From: Camelus ferus
Lineage: Eukaryota
Reading direction: 5' to 3'
Length of the DNA: 64,000 nt
NCBI RefSeq assembly: GCF_009834535.1
Contig: NC_045696.1
Coordinates: 32,304,001-32,368,000 of the forward strand
Position numbers and translations under genes: made by a program. Every line of letters begins with the position of its first letter. Position 1 is the first letter of the stretch. Under the pieces are notes generated by a model. That model made no database searches, was not told where the DNA came from, and saw nothing but the letters and a program-made list of their open reading frames with translations. Below, piece by piece: positions 25,301 through 37,357 of this stretch.

Positions 25301-26506
25301 TTCTTTCTGAAATGAATAATACTCCCCAATTCAGTGGAATACAACAATCCATGTAATCACAATGAATGTGAAAAAATGATTTAAATTAGTTTGACATAAA
25401 TACATGTGATTATACTGGGTCAGCCATTTTAATTTGATTTATGAATTTGTAAATAATAAAAGCCAACGTTTTCAGGAAATAATTATTATTGTATCAATTA
25501 TTGACACCAACTTGAGACACTTTCCAAACCAAATCCCTTTTAATTGATTTTTTTAGCATCATCTTTGTCTTTTGGCAATTTACAGAAAAGTGCTAGATTC
25601 AGCTGAAAAAAAATATGAAATGCTATGGCTTTTTCTGTGTTCAGGACTTTTTTCTTCTAGGAAAAGAAAATGAACAAGTCCTCAACATAACCAAACATAT
25701 TTCTGAAGTGCTAATGGGTTTCTTGCATTTATAAATAATTGTACTTATTGCAATGGCATTCCTAAAATGCCTTGATAGCATAAAAGCTCCTAAGTAATAA
25801 ATGGAGTTTGCAGTGGGTCTCAATCTGTTTGTCACCCTTGACAGACGTCCTTCACATTGGCATCATCCTATCATGCCCTGCACCTCGTCAGGAAGATCCC
25901 AAGTCATGTGCAGTTTCCAGCGTACTGTTTTCATTTTACCTTTATCCTCTGGCAGTCAATCAACCCAGTGAATACAGTGATAAGTATAATCTTAAATCTA
26001 TTCTAAATAAGTCAGAGAGTAAACCATTCAAAAGCTATAGCTTTTCAGCTATAATTAATTAGTAACAAATTTTTGCTACACCTGGCGACACCATGTTTAT
26101 GGATCACAGGTCTTAAGATGACTCCAAGAGGAGATCTCTAACCAGTGGAGTTTCCATTAGGTTTCTCAGAACTCTGACAAGTTAACAGTGTATATTCCTT
26201 GGGCTCCACTTTGAATAACATTGGACAAAACAGTTTTGACATTGTTCATTTCTGATGAAGAAATACGTCTTATTTCTTTTTTTCCCCTTCTCTGTTGCCT
26301 TTTCTATTACCCCTAACGTCAACTGCTTTTCTCTCCAAGTAGACATTTTGATCAGTATTAATCATAATTGTGCCAATTTCCTACTTTATTTAAACATAAA
26401 ATCTCTTTTTTGAATCACTACTCTAATCATTTTCTGTCCTTTTTTTCATTTTACATTACTGACTTATGAATACTTTTCTATGGCCTTCAGTGAGTATTCT
26501 GTTTTT

Positions 26507-26630
26507 TATAGTAAGTTAATGTTGATTAAGTGTTTACATATCAGATCTAATGTTTCACTTGTTTTGTATCCACTAATCCTTGTGATAATGTTGAGATGAT
26601 ATTTACATCCTCATTTTAAAGAATGGATTT
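26507..26630 (-). mobile_element. MIR fragment
   Basis: 'taatgttgattaagtgtttac...taatccttgtgataa...catcctcattttaaagaatgga'. Confidence 0.55.
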
Positions 26631-27419
26631 TTTTTAAGGGTCACATTGAATTACTTAACATACAGAGGAGCCTACAGGCATTTTTGGCAATTTAAATAGC
26701 TCTTTAAGAAAAAAAAAAAAAGCTTCCGCTAATATCACAACCCTTGAATTCAATAGTTGTTAAATCTGTATTTCTGCTTGTTAGTCCTAACCCTGGTCTG
26801 ACTCTTCCCGGCATTATTTGAGATTTTTGAAGATAGCAATCAAGCTACTTCCACACATTCTTTTATTCAGGTCAGATGCTTTCAAATTCTTGAAAATAGA
26901 TTTCATATACCACACCTCATCTCTATTTTCATCTTCATCATGTAACTCAGTGACTTTCTGAAAAGTTATGTTCATGATGTCTATGATTATATTAATAACG
27001 CATAAGCATGTATTTGCTTTCAAAACTACAGTATTAAACCTTATTGGATTTGGGTGAAATCAAACTGCATAGATTCAAATGAGACCCAATTTTTCTTAAC
27101 TAAAATGACTTGTTAGGCATATTTAACCCAATTTAACAATTCTCTTCATGTTATATATTATAATTTTCTGTCAATACTTGAGATGGTTTTGAACCTTAAT
27201 TCTGGCATCCAGCTGTCTCGACTCTTAATGATTTCTGTCTCTTCTAATCAAATCTTTCATTAAATATATTAAACCAAGGACTCATAAAACCATATTGATA
27301 TGGATTCTTTATTCAATTTATTAAAGTTTGTTTATTCAATGAAGCTGGATTTATAATATTTTCTTGGGAAAATTCATAATAAAACCAAGATTAATTATAT
27401 ATTTTGTTTAAATGGTTCC

Positions 27420-27612
27420 ACAGTATAAAAAGTACTTTTGTATAAAGTCTTCAAATTTATTTTCACAAAACCCCTGTGAATTAGTCACTGTTACTCCCCT
27501 TCAATAGTATGGAACTGAAACTCAGAGAGTTAAATAACCTATCAAAAATCATAGTTTACACATGCAGAATCGGGAATAAAACATCCCGATGTCCAGGGAA
27601 TCTTCTAGTGCA
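27420..27612 (-). mobile_element. MIR SINE
   Basis: 'ttcacaaaacccctgtgaattag...aactgaaactcagagagttaaataacct'. Confidence 0.75.
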
Positions 27613-27814
27613 CAAAGCTGTCTCCCACTTTGCTCCTCCAAGAGTTGCCACATCTATTTAAATAGAAAAAATACACCCTACACAGATATTTTGATAAAGT
27701 AATGATAAAATAAAAAACAAATATATGTGTTAAATCAGTTTTTAAAATATAACATGATTTCAGAAGATTATTACTATTTTTATCTTTATAGTTATATGAT
27801 ACCATGATCTTTGT

Positions 27815-27947
27815 ATGTACACACACACACACATATATATAATATACATGTATATATTATAAATGTGTAGATATATAGACCAATCTAGATAGAAACAAAT
27901 ATTTATATATATAGATCTGCCTAGAAGCATTTATCTATCTATCTATG
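27815..27947. repeat. Compound (CA)n/(TA)n/(TCTA)n low-complexity tract
   Basis: Seen directly. Confidence 0.85.
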
Positions 27948-27949
27948 TA

Positions 27950-28156
27950 CAGTTGATGCTTGAACAACTTGGGTCTGAATTATGGAGATCCACTTACATA
28001 TGGATGATTTTCAAAAAATATTTACTGCAGTACTACACAGTCTGAGGTTGGTTGAATCCACAGATATGGAACTGTGGATACAGAGGTTCAACTCTAAAGA
28101 TTTTTGACTGCACGGGGATCAGAGCTCCTAACCCCACACCACTCAAGGGTCAACTG
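27950..28156. mobile_element. Tigger2-family MITE (Tigger2a/MER8-like), 207 bp
   Basis: TIRs cagttgatgcttgaa / ctcaagggtcaactg; TA duplication at 27948-27949 and 28157-28158; internal 'ggttggttgaatccacagat...tggatacagagg'. Confidence 0.9.
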
Positions 28157-28199
28157 TACATATGGAGTCAGTAATGAAACCTAATCCTTTAACTGTTAA

Positions 28200-28415
28200 C
28201 TATGATGTCATACCAGGTGATTCACATACAATATTATCTTTAATCTTCTCATTCATGATATATTATTTAATTTTCTCATAACCGTAATCCTTATATTGGA
28301 GTTGAGGAAAGTAAGATTTAGGGAGGCAATTCTATTTTGCAATATTATAGCTAATAAACAGCAGCACAGGATTTAAATACAGGTCTCACTGACCCCAGTG
28401 TCAGTGCTCTAACAT
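28200..28415 (-). mobile_element. MIR SINE (decayed)
   Basis: 'tgaggaaagtaagatttagggagg...atagctaataaacagcagcacaggatttaaatacaggtct...tgaccccagtgtcagtgctct'. Confidence 0.7.
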
Positions 28416-29765
28416 ATTAACACATTCTTGAAATGACTTATTGTATTTAAGAATTTTTCCCAGTAATGACATCAAGATCACCCTCTCCTAATTTCTAATG
28501 GTTATCATTTGTCCTCTTTGCAAATTAGAAACTTTAGCATCTCTGATCTTTTGGAACTTTTTATATTTTTCTGAGATTTCAAACAAAAATTGAAAATAGT
28601 GCCTCTCTGTTTGTATCTGTAACCTTCATTCTTTTTTAAAAAATATAATCTGGAAGATGACTTTGTAGATGTGTAAGTGCTTCAAAATGCCTATTGTTTT
28701 AGTAGTATCTCCTGTCTCTCTTACAATGTCCCTGACTTTTAAATGTTTTCTCTCACTTCCAATTTCCTGTTCGTTCTGGGGGGGAAATATGGAAGGGAAA
28801 AGGGAGAGAAGGAATTTTATAGGTTCTCTGCCATCTGTCATCATTAAAGCGTCTGCTTATGGGCCTGACCTTTCTTTGCTCCCTTCTTCAAACCGTAGTT
28901 GACAGAAAATGATAGAAGTGTGTTTTCTTTCATTTTGATTTAGAAACTCAGCAAAGACTTTCATATTCATTCTCTAGTCCTATCTTCTGAGCCCCACACC
29001 TGTGTTCTGAGTATTAAAAATCAACTCCAAACCTAAAACTAACATTTAACACCCTTTTCCCCAGTCCAGCCATGCTGATTAGAGGGAAATGACTGTTGAA
29101 AGAACTTCTCTTCATCTTAAGTGTGTTTCTTCCAAATGCTATTGTTCTCTTAATGTTTTACACCACATGATGGGTAAAACGCTACTTCTTCATAGTCTAG
29201 TTAAACTGTGATTGAAAAATCCTATGCTTGTTACAACATCAGTGGTAAAATGCTTTCTTTCCTTTCTTCTTTGGGATATATTTTACTCACCTAGTTATAG
29301 GCAGTGGTTTTGCTTGACCTCATTCTCTGATTCTTCTTTGGGCTTCCTTCTCAGACTATGTTTCTTTGCATGGCCAGCCCATCTAGAAACTATTGATTCT
29401 CTACAATTAATTTCTTTTTAAACTAATTTTTGCTAGCAGATCTGTGTAGCTTCAGAGCTGACTGTAAGTGCACATGCCAATGCTGAATATATCACAGTCT
29501 CTACATCTTCCGGATGGACTGTAGCTGGGTAGGCTGTGGCAAGTCCAGAATGTGACAGACCAACCTCAAATTTCACAACTAATTTTGGTGTGCTGGATTC
29601 ATTATAAATCAATAAACATTTGGTTTTTGTTTACCAGGCCAACTTAAAATTCTAGTCTGTGTTCCTCAATATCATTCATTTTGGGTTGGCCTAATTATAT
29701 TATATTAGTTTTTTTTAAAGCAAGATACTATAGCATTGTGTGAAACACCATCTTTGAGGGAAAAT

Positions 29766-30618
29766 AAGTGATGTTTTTAACAGTTGGTTCTCTGGAAAAA
29801 AAATACGTGTATGTATACATACATAAGATTATTAAAAATTTTATTATGAAGGATGTATAACACAATTTTTAGAAAATAATAAAATATATATTAGTCATTG
29901 CAAAATGCATATGACCAATTTGTTCTCACAGAATGTTTTTGTTAATTTTTGCCCAATTCTTGTGCCCATAGCCACACCATAGGGCACTTTACAAATAAGA
30001 ATACTTCTGATAAGGATGTTCTCTGATAATTTTAATTTAATAGATGAAATGTTTCTGGAAAAAAGAAGACATATGTTGGAACTACAGCCCTGAGTCAGTG
30101 ATATGAGTGACTTCTTGCTGAATTGGATAATGGTTTTTGAATACTGTGAGAACCTATCCTCAATGTTTGTGCTATTCACTATGTAACAGCTACAGAGACT
30201 TTTAAAATTTGATCTGCATTATTTTCCTAAGTATAGAGTTTAGACAGTCAACAAAATGTATGTACAGCCCTGGTTTGTAATATTTGCCAGTTTCTGTGGT
30301 TGTAAATGGCCAATTTCAAGCTACTAAGGCACTGCTACTGAATCCTGAGTTGCAAAAAGATATGCAATAACACTATAGTATTTTGTCCATACAACAGTCA
30401 TAAAACACCTCAAGAATATAGATAATAGTAAAATTTAGAAATTTAATTAGTAAATGATGAGTTTTGAGTATGTATTGCCTTTTAAAGTATAACTTATATG
30501 TTACTTTTAGTGTCATTTAATTTTTAATAATGCTTGTTTTTGACAAGTCAGACAAATTCCTGAAATTTGAATAGTTGGCTCTCACAAGCCAGTATAAGAT
30601 GTTTCCAGTAACCCACTG
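29766..30618 (-). mobile_element. MER63 (C/D-like) hAT-Blackjack DNA transposon
   Basis: 'ggccaatttcaagctac', 'cctcaagaatatagataatagtaaaat', 'gatgagttttgagtat', 'aaattcctgaaatttgaatagttggctctcacaagccagt...cccactg' match antisense MER63 in order. Confidence 0.85.
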
Positions 30619-30661
30619 AAATAGGATGAAACCTAATTTTGCTCAGTATTTTCCTGGCATT

Positions 30662-30775
30662 TTATTTAACCTCTCTGACCCACGCATTTCATCATCAGTG
30701 AGAATTAGATAAAACAACATACATAAAGCCTTTAGAACAGCATTCAGAACGTGTTAAGTGATCACTAGTAGATAC
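30662..30775 (+). mobile_element. MIR fragment
   Basis: 'ttatttaacctctctgacc...catcagtgagaat...taaagcctttagaacagc'. Confidence 0.7.
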
Positions 30776-32649
30776 TGCTTGGCTCCTATTTAAAAAAAAA
30801 AAAATCTACTTAAGTTATAACAAGAAAGACCAGACTCCATATTACCTTGAATATGACATGTTATGATTACAAAGATAAAATGTGACTTCTTGCATTATAG
30901 CAAAAATATTACATAAAAGATTGTATTTTATTCGTTGTAACATATCCGAGTTATTTACCCCTCTCTAGTTACAAATGTACTATCTATTGGAATACTTTTC
31001 CTTATAAATAACATCTGTGGATTTTTTTCCCTTAAGGCACATTTCAAACTATCATATCTGAGAGGAAGATTCCGAATTACAGTACATCATGTAGAGCACT
31101 GTGAAACTTTAAATGGGAAGACTAACTTCTATTCGGAGCCTTCAGTTTTGCCAAACTACTTTCTTTGTATCATATAATAAATACATGCTTTGCCGACTTC
31201 CTTTCTCTTCCTTCCAGCATTAAGTCTGAAGAGACTTTCTTATTCATCCACATGTTCGAACGTAGCTGTTTCTACCTTAATAGAGCCAAAATTGTCAACT
31301 TTTTCAAACAGTAATTTGTTTTCTGTGCCCTCAGGTTTGGAAGAAAATAGTCTCGTAATAGAAAATAGTAAGCTGGCTTTCTGAATTCATAAATGACTCG
31401 ATTCTTTCTCGGGCTATGTTGTGCTACCTGTCTGGAGGTGTTGAGATGGCCTTCGAACAATAGGGAATGGAGTTGGTGGATAAATATGCCATAAATAACA
31501 ATTTTTGCTATTTCCCACTGAGTTTTTGTGATCTCAGAGTTAAACTCTTCAAACTTCGAGACACTAACCTAGAATTGTTTTAAATTGTAAAATGAATTTA
31601 AATATGATACTAGGAGGAAAAATAATGTTACGGCTATTTAATTAAAAATTTACAAGCCACTTTCAACTAAATATATGATATATAGCATGGGTGATAGATA
31701 CAGACTATGAGAGAAGGCTGACAGGTGAATAGGTTTATTTTTAATAATTATGTCTCATTATTAACCATGGGGTACTACTAATAAAAACAATACTAGGGCA
31801 AGACAAGACTAAAGTGATACAGTTTTTTAATGACTCTTTCACATCAGCTAAAGATGAGAAAAAAATAAGTATCCCTTATATAAAGGATCTAGCTAAGCAA
31901 AGTCAAGACTGCAAAGTTTTAACTGCTTCTGCATATGTCTTTAAAACACCAGGTATCATTTTATTAAGATAGAAATACAGGAACAGATACTGGGCATTTC
32001 ATATTGAACTGTGTTTAATGATCTATTTTCATGACATTCCTTTGGGTAATCAGCAATTTTATTGCTTTAATATTGTAGAAGAGCTAGATTATTTTTGAAG
32101 GGGAAATAGAGGGGAAAACCCACTTTGGATCAATGACTTGACATTGCTAGTTAACTTAAAGCATAAAAATACCTATTTAAAAATCTAACTAGCAGCTCTT
32201 CATCAGTAATCAACAGCAGTCCTCTAATTATGTAGAGAAATCTGACAATGTATTAAAGAATTTCTCTTTATCAAGTAATGTGCATGGGGATTTAATATTA
32301 AGTAACCTAGACGAAGACCAAAGGAGCATAATACATTTAAAGAAAGGTGTAAACGACTATCTTTTCGAAAGTATTTTGAATGAGTTACAAATGTATCCTT
32401 TTTTTTGTCTCAATCTAGGGTACAGTTGAAAAATCAGCAATTAATAAAGTAATTTTAGACAAAAGCAAATTTCTCTACATAGTAGGATTCTTAATTGTCT
32501 TCCCAACTTTCAGTACAATTCACATAAGAAATGTTGAGTTAAATAAGGGACCTTTTTGTCGGCAGAATTGGAAACAGGTTTTAGATAAACTTACAAAAAA
32601 AATGAACTTACAGATGTTATCAGTGAATTTTATTAAAATTTATAATAAG

Positions 32650-32790
32650 GTGATATGACTTAGTCTGGAATATGATGGAAGGGTTCCCTGAAGAAGTGAC
32701 AATTAAACTGACATCTGAGAATGAATTGGTTAGTATTGGTTACTACGTAAAAGAGAAAGGGCAGAGAGCTCTGTGTTACAGGGAAAAATT
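32650..32790 (-). mobile_element. L2 fragment
   Basis: 'ggaagggttccctgaagaagtgacaattaaactgacatctga' is a diagnostic antisense L2 phrase. Confidence 0.6.
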
Positions 32791-34669
32791 TTTGGAAAAA
32801 AACCATGGCAGATTGAAGCAACCTGATACACTGCATTTATTTCCATTAATACAAATAATTTTATTTAATTTGAAACTATTTAGATTCAAATGATTTTCAA
32901 TAGGATTTAACATCATGTGGCACATTTGTAATTCTTTTTAATATTTATTAAACTAAATTGAATATAATGTGAAGCCTTCCTTCAAAACTGAAACATTGAA
33001 GTTTTATTAAGTTAATAATTTCTGTTAATCAAGAGGGAAATAGATGCTTCACAAACTGACATTTTTGATAGTCAACTTTGTCAATTTTGGTAATTCCTTT
33101 ATTAGATGTTTCCTTGAACATATACAATGTAAGCATCTCATCTAAGCAAAGAACACCACAAATGTATAAAGCAGTTACAATTTTAATACACATTTGCATA
33201 TATACTGTAATTTGATACTCACAAAAATATAAAAACTCATTGAATCCCATATTATTAATTAGGCATCGAAACCCTACGAAGATCATACATTCAGATTGTA
33301 TGACTCCAAGCCCTTGGACATCTCTGCCATGCTGCCAGAATTTCTGGCCATTATAAAGAAAACTAAAATTAAAGAAAATCAATAAAGCTATGTTCTATGA
33401 GGCATAAAATTCTTTTCAAATACTCAAGTGAAATATAAAAAAGAAGTAAAACATTCTTTCACTCATATATAATTCTCTTAATTTTGAATGTTACAATTTT
33501 TCTTTGAACTACTCCCTAATGATATTGCTAGTCATAGTTTGTAAAAATTCATTTTCCATACCACTAAATGAATCAAATTTTATTTTATGCCATCTATTTT
33601 AACATTTAAAAAACACACAGCATCAACAAAAATCTAGTGGAGGTATTCATACTTAAATAAGATAAAATATGATAAAATAAGGTACTTTGAATTAGAAATA
33701 AAAAGTACCTAGCAATATCATCATGCTAATGAATAGAATAAATACAAATGCTCAGGAAATTTTTTTAAAATATTATAATTAACATTAAAACTAGAAATAT
33801 AATACTAGTAAATAGTTTGAATACTTACCTCTAAAACCAACTAATAAGACATTCTGATGAAATACGGACACCTACAAAATTATCTAGAATTATTCATATA
33901 TACTGTAACTTTTAGATAAAATATTGTCTTGAAACTTGGCTATTTACTTTTTTTTACTTGAAATAAACAAATTTAAAAGCTAGATATTTAGTTTTTAAAA
34001 TATAGAATATAATGCAAAAATATCAGGTAAATTATTCAATCTTGGTCTCATATGTTGAAGAATTAATATCACAATAAAAGTATTAACATAAATCTGCTAT
34101 CTGAGGAAAAAATGTGTTTAAAAAAGGATGTAGCTTCCCACCACTGGGACCTTTTGGTTAGTTTCATGATGAGAGAGTCCATTTTGAATAGTTGATTTAC
34201 CATTTCCCTATCTCTTGTGCACTGAGTCAGATAACATGCCACTGGGACTTTCCTCTTGGGATCACTATATTCCATGTGACAAAAAAGACAAAAACAAAAA
34301 GAGAGACATATGGCCCTAACAACCCTCAATTTCACTTTCTTTCTCTTTTGAGGCCAAATCAATGCAAACCATCTGTTTCAAGTAGAAAATGAGTATTTTA
34401 AATTTCTTTCTTTCTGACACTTCTGTTTATATTTGTCTTTTGAGTTTTATCCTTGTTTTTAATTTTTAAAATGTTTCAGTCATACAATGTATTATTTGCT
34501 AAGGTGTCTTTCTCATTATGTTGGGACCAGTAATTTCATTTGCAGGCAAAAGAATAGTTTTTCATTAGAGACTTAGGTTTCTGGGGAAAAAGGAGCACAA
34601 ACCCCCTTTAATAATAATACAGTTTTTCAAGTACCATAGGGTTTGGGTCAATCTGCTTTGCCTAATATA

Positions 34670-34727
34670 TTGCAGAATTTTACTTTCTTCTTACAATTTT
34701 GCAGAATTTTACTTTCTTCTTACAATT
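34670..34727. repeat. Perfect 29-bp tandem duplication
   Basis: ttgcagaattttactttcttcttacaatt x2 (34670-34698, 34699-34727). Confidence 0.97.
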
Positions 34728-36149
34728 ACCTCAAAAATTCTACTCCTAAATTATTCACTAGATTTATTGGCCTGAGATGAAATTTTTTATAAAGCATTCA
34801 ATCCTATTGACACATTCAGTCATGAAATTCATCATTTCTTTAAACCTTCATCATACTTTATACGATGGCTATTTTCAAGTAATTTCCAGTATATTTAGAG
34901 TTACATTAAGAATCAAAGAAAATCTTGATTTTACTTGAGTTTCCTAAGGTCTGGGGTGTCTGGTTTATATACCATATTCACCCAAGAAGGAAATTAAACT
35001 CTATATGCATGTGTGTATACCTGTGTGAGGGTGGGGTTTGTGTGTGATAGATTCTACATGTTTCGTATTTGGGATGTAGATAATTAATATTTTGTACAAG
35101 GTTATTACCGCCACTTTGCCTAAAATATTCTATTTGGAAAACTAGTTTTATTTTATTTATATGACCTTTTAAGCTTTATGGCTAATACGTGTGTGACCAT
35201 GCTGTTTTGCCATATGTTCTGTTTACTCTTTGGCATCAACATTCCAAATCTATGAAGCTGGCCATGGTATGGTGAGAAGAAGCTGAGTGATTTCTGGTCC
35301 TCCACCAAGCCTCATGTGAATCCAGCAAACAGTAAAAAACTCAAATAGCAGGTCCCCGCTGTTTGTCCAGGGCATAAAATTCACTGTAATCTTCTCATTG
35401 GTACTCATTCCACACATATCTATAAACATGGTTAAAGCAGAAGAGAAATAAAATCTCATATGTAAGCATTGATTCTTTCTAAATGCTCCTACCCCAAATA
35501 TGAATTTTATGAAAATATTTATTAAGTATAAGTTCCTTCAATAAGCTATGAACATGGAAAAAAATAATGAAAATGATTATTGCCATGTCTGACCTATGGA
35601 TTCAAACTTTCTAGTTTGTCTTCAATTTTTTGAATTTTAAGCTGGGGAAGGTTAATTGCTGTTACTCTTTCATGTTTTTTGTTACACAATCACTCTGATT
35701 GGAACACCATATGAAGCTTTAGAATCTCACAGTGCCTGGGCCAGAAGTCAATGTCATCTGAAGAGATGAATGATTAGCAGTTGGTCTTGAGAAAAATAGC
35801 CTGCTGGATGGAAAATAGTTCAGAGTGACTTCATGCTCTTATTTGAATACTGCTGTTTGGTAAATCAATGCATAAGTTTGTTTTTTGTTTTGTTTTGTTA
35901 TAATCTTGTATCTGCTTTTATTTATTTAAAACATTTATTACCAGAGATCAGTAAAAGATTTGCTATACTAATAAGTGCCATAATAATAAAATTTTATGGA
36001 AGGTTTTATTATCAAAATGCCTTCCTGTCTTTTAGGGCACAGAAGTATGACTCAAAAACTTGTTAGGAAATATCAAGATAGCAAGTGACATACTCTGGTT
36101 TAGTTTTAAGTTTTGAATAAGAAGGAATTTCTATAATTCTTTATTTTGT

Positions 36150-36270
36150 TTCCTTCATTTCATAGAAACAGAACTGGAGGCCTGGAAAGCATTAGTGTGT
36201 TACCCCAGGTCATAATGCTTGGTAATGGTAGAACCAGAAGAATAACCATCTCTTCTGACTCTAACTCTTA
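36150..36270 (-). mobile_element. MIR fragment
   Basis: 'ttaccccaggtcataatgcttggtaatggtagaaccagaa...tcttctgactct'. Confidence 0.7.
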
Positions 36271-36644
36271 ACTTGTTAGGACAAGTTGTCAAAATTAGAA
36301 TAGCACTATATTAACTTCATCATGCATAGATTTTGGAGCTTCACAGTAGCTTTTAAATTAAAAATAAATAAAATCAGGGGATTGACATGGGGTTTTCAGA
36401 GTTTTATTTCATCAAAAATAAAATCCGAAAGTAAAATTAAATAATTATAAGGAAAGAAAAGAAAACCATCTAAAAATCAGAAATACCTAATAGCAAATTA
36501 AAGAAAATCCCTTATATAATTAATTTTAATCTAAAAATCATGCACCCTATCATTGATACTTATTTTTGTCATGTCTGTAGACCAAAGGATATCCTAACAC
36601 TGGCCAACACTAATCCAACATTTTATTAAAGACCACTGTTGTAA

Positions 36645-36832
36645 GTTATCTGGCCTCATAACCACCCATTGAGGAAGGCTGGGCATGTCTCTTCATTTTA
36701 CAAATGAGATTTTAAAAAAAGTTTCCTGTGAATGATCCAAGGTCACAGGACTAGAAAATGGCAGAGTCAGGCAAAGGAATGACAGATTCTAAGCCAAAAT
36801 CTGATGTTCTTTCCACCATACAAAGCAGCTTC
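36645..36832 (-). mobile_element. MIR SINE
   Basis: 'cattttacaaatgag...ccaaggtcacaggactagaaaatggcagagtcagg...tgttctttccaccatac'. Confidence 0.85.
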
Positions 36833-37357
36833 AGAAAAGAGAAAAATGGCTTACTCACTTGAAGAACAATATTTTTTAAATGCAGTAAAAATATAACATG
36901 AAAAACAAACATGTAAAATAATCTTGCTCTTAAGGAGCATATACAACTTGTTCTACAGTTTTCTTGATGAAAAAGAAGTATATTATTATATACAATTTTA
37001 AATCATATTCACTTTTATGCTGAAAAATACTTAAAATCAAGTTATTGTTATGAAAAAAGGCAGTTGTTTGCACAGTTCTATTGAAACAACTTTCTATAAA
37101 AATGCTTCTTTTCTCAAATGAGAAAAAAAACAAAAGGATGATATTAAATACAGACTCTTAAATTTATTTGAGATTCATTATTATGTAGTGATACAAATGG
37201 TGATTTCTCTCTGTCGCAGCACTAAAATGAAAGAAGTGAAAAATAGTACCAATCATCATATGGCTGACTTCCCACATTTATGTTTGCAGTTACTGAATTT
37301 TATTATTTTAATGGTTATAAAGAGTTTCTTTATGATTAAGCCAACATTTCTCCTGTG

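Noticed and set aside
26030..26045. 16-bp palindrome aaaagctatagctttt
   Set aside because: AT-rich and isolated; compatible with chance.
29895..30179. 94-aa ORF as an active transposase
   Set aside because: It lies within a decayed non-autonomous MER63 element and is far too short.
30900..31640. CpG island or NUMT explanation for the CpG-rich patch
   Set aside because: GC content is far too low for an island and I recognise no mitochondrial gene. Kept as an unexplained finding.
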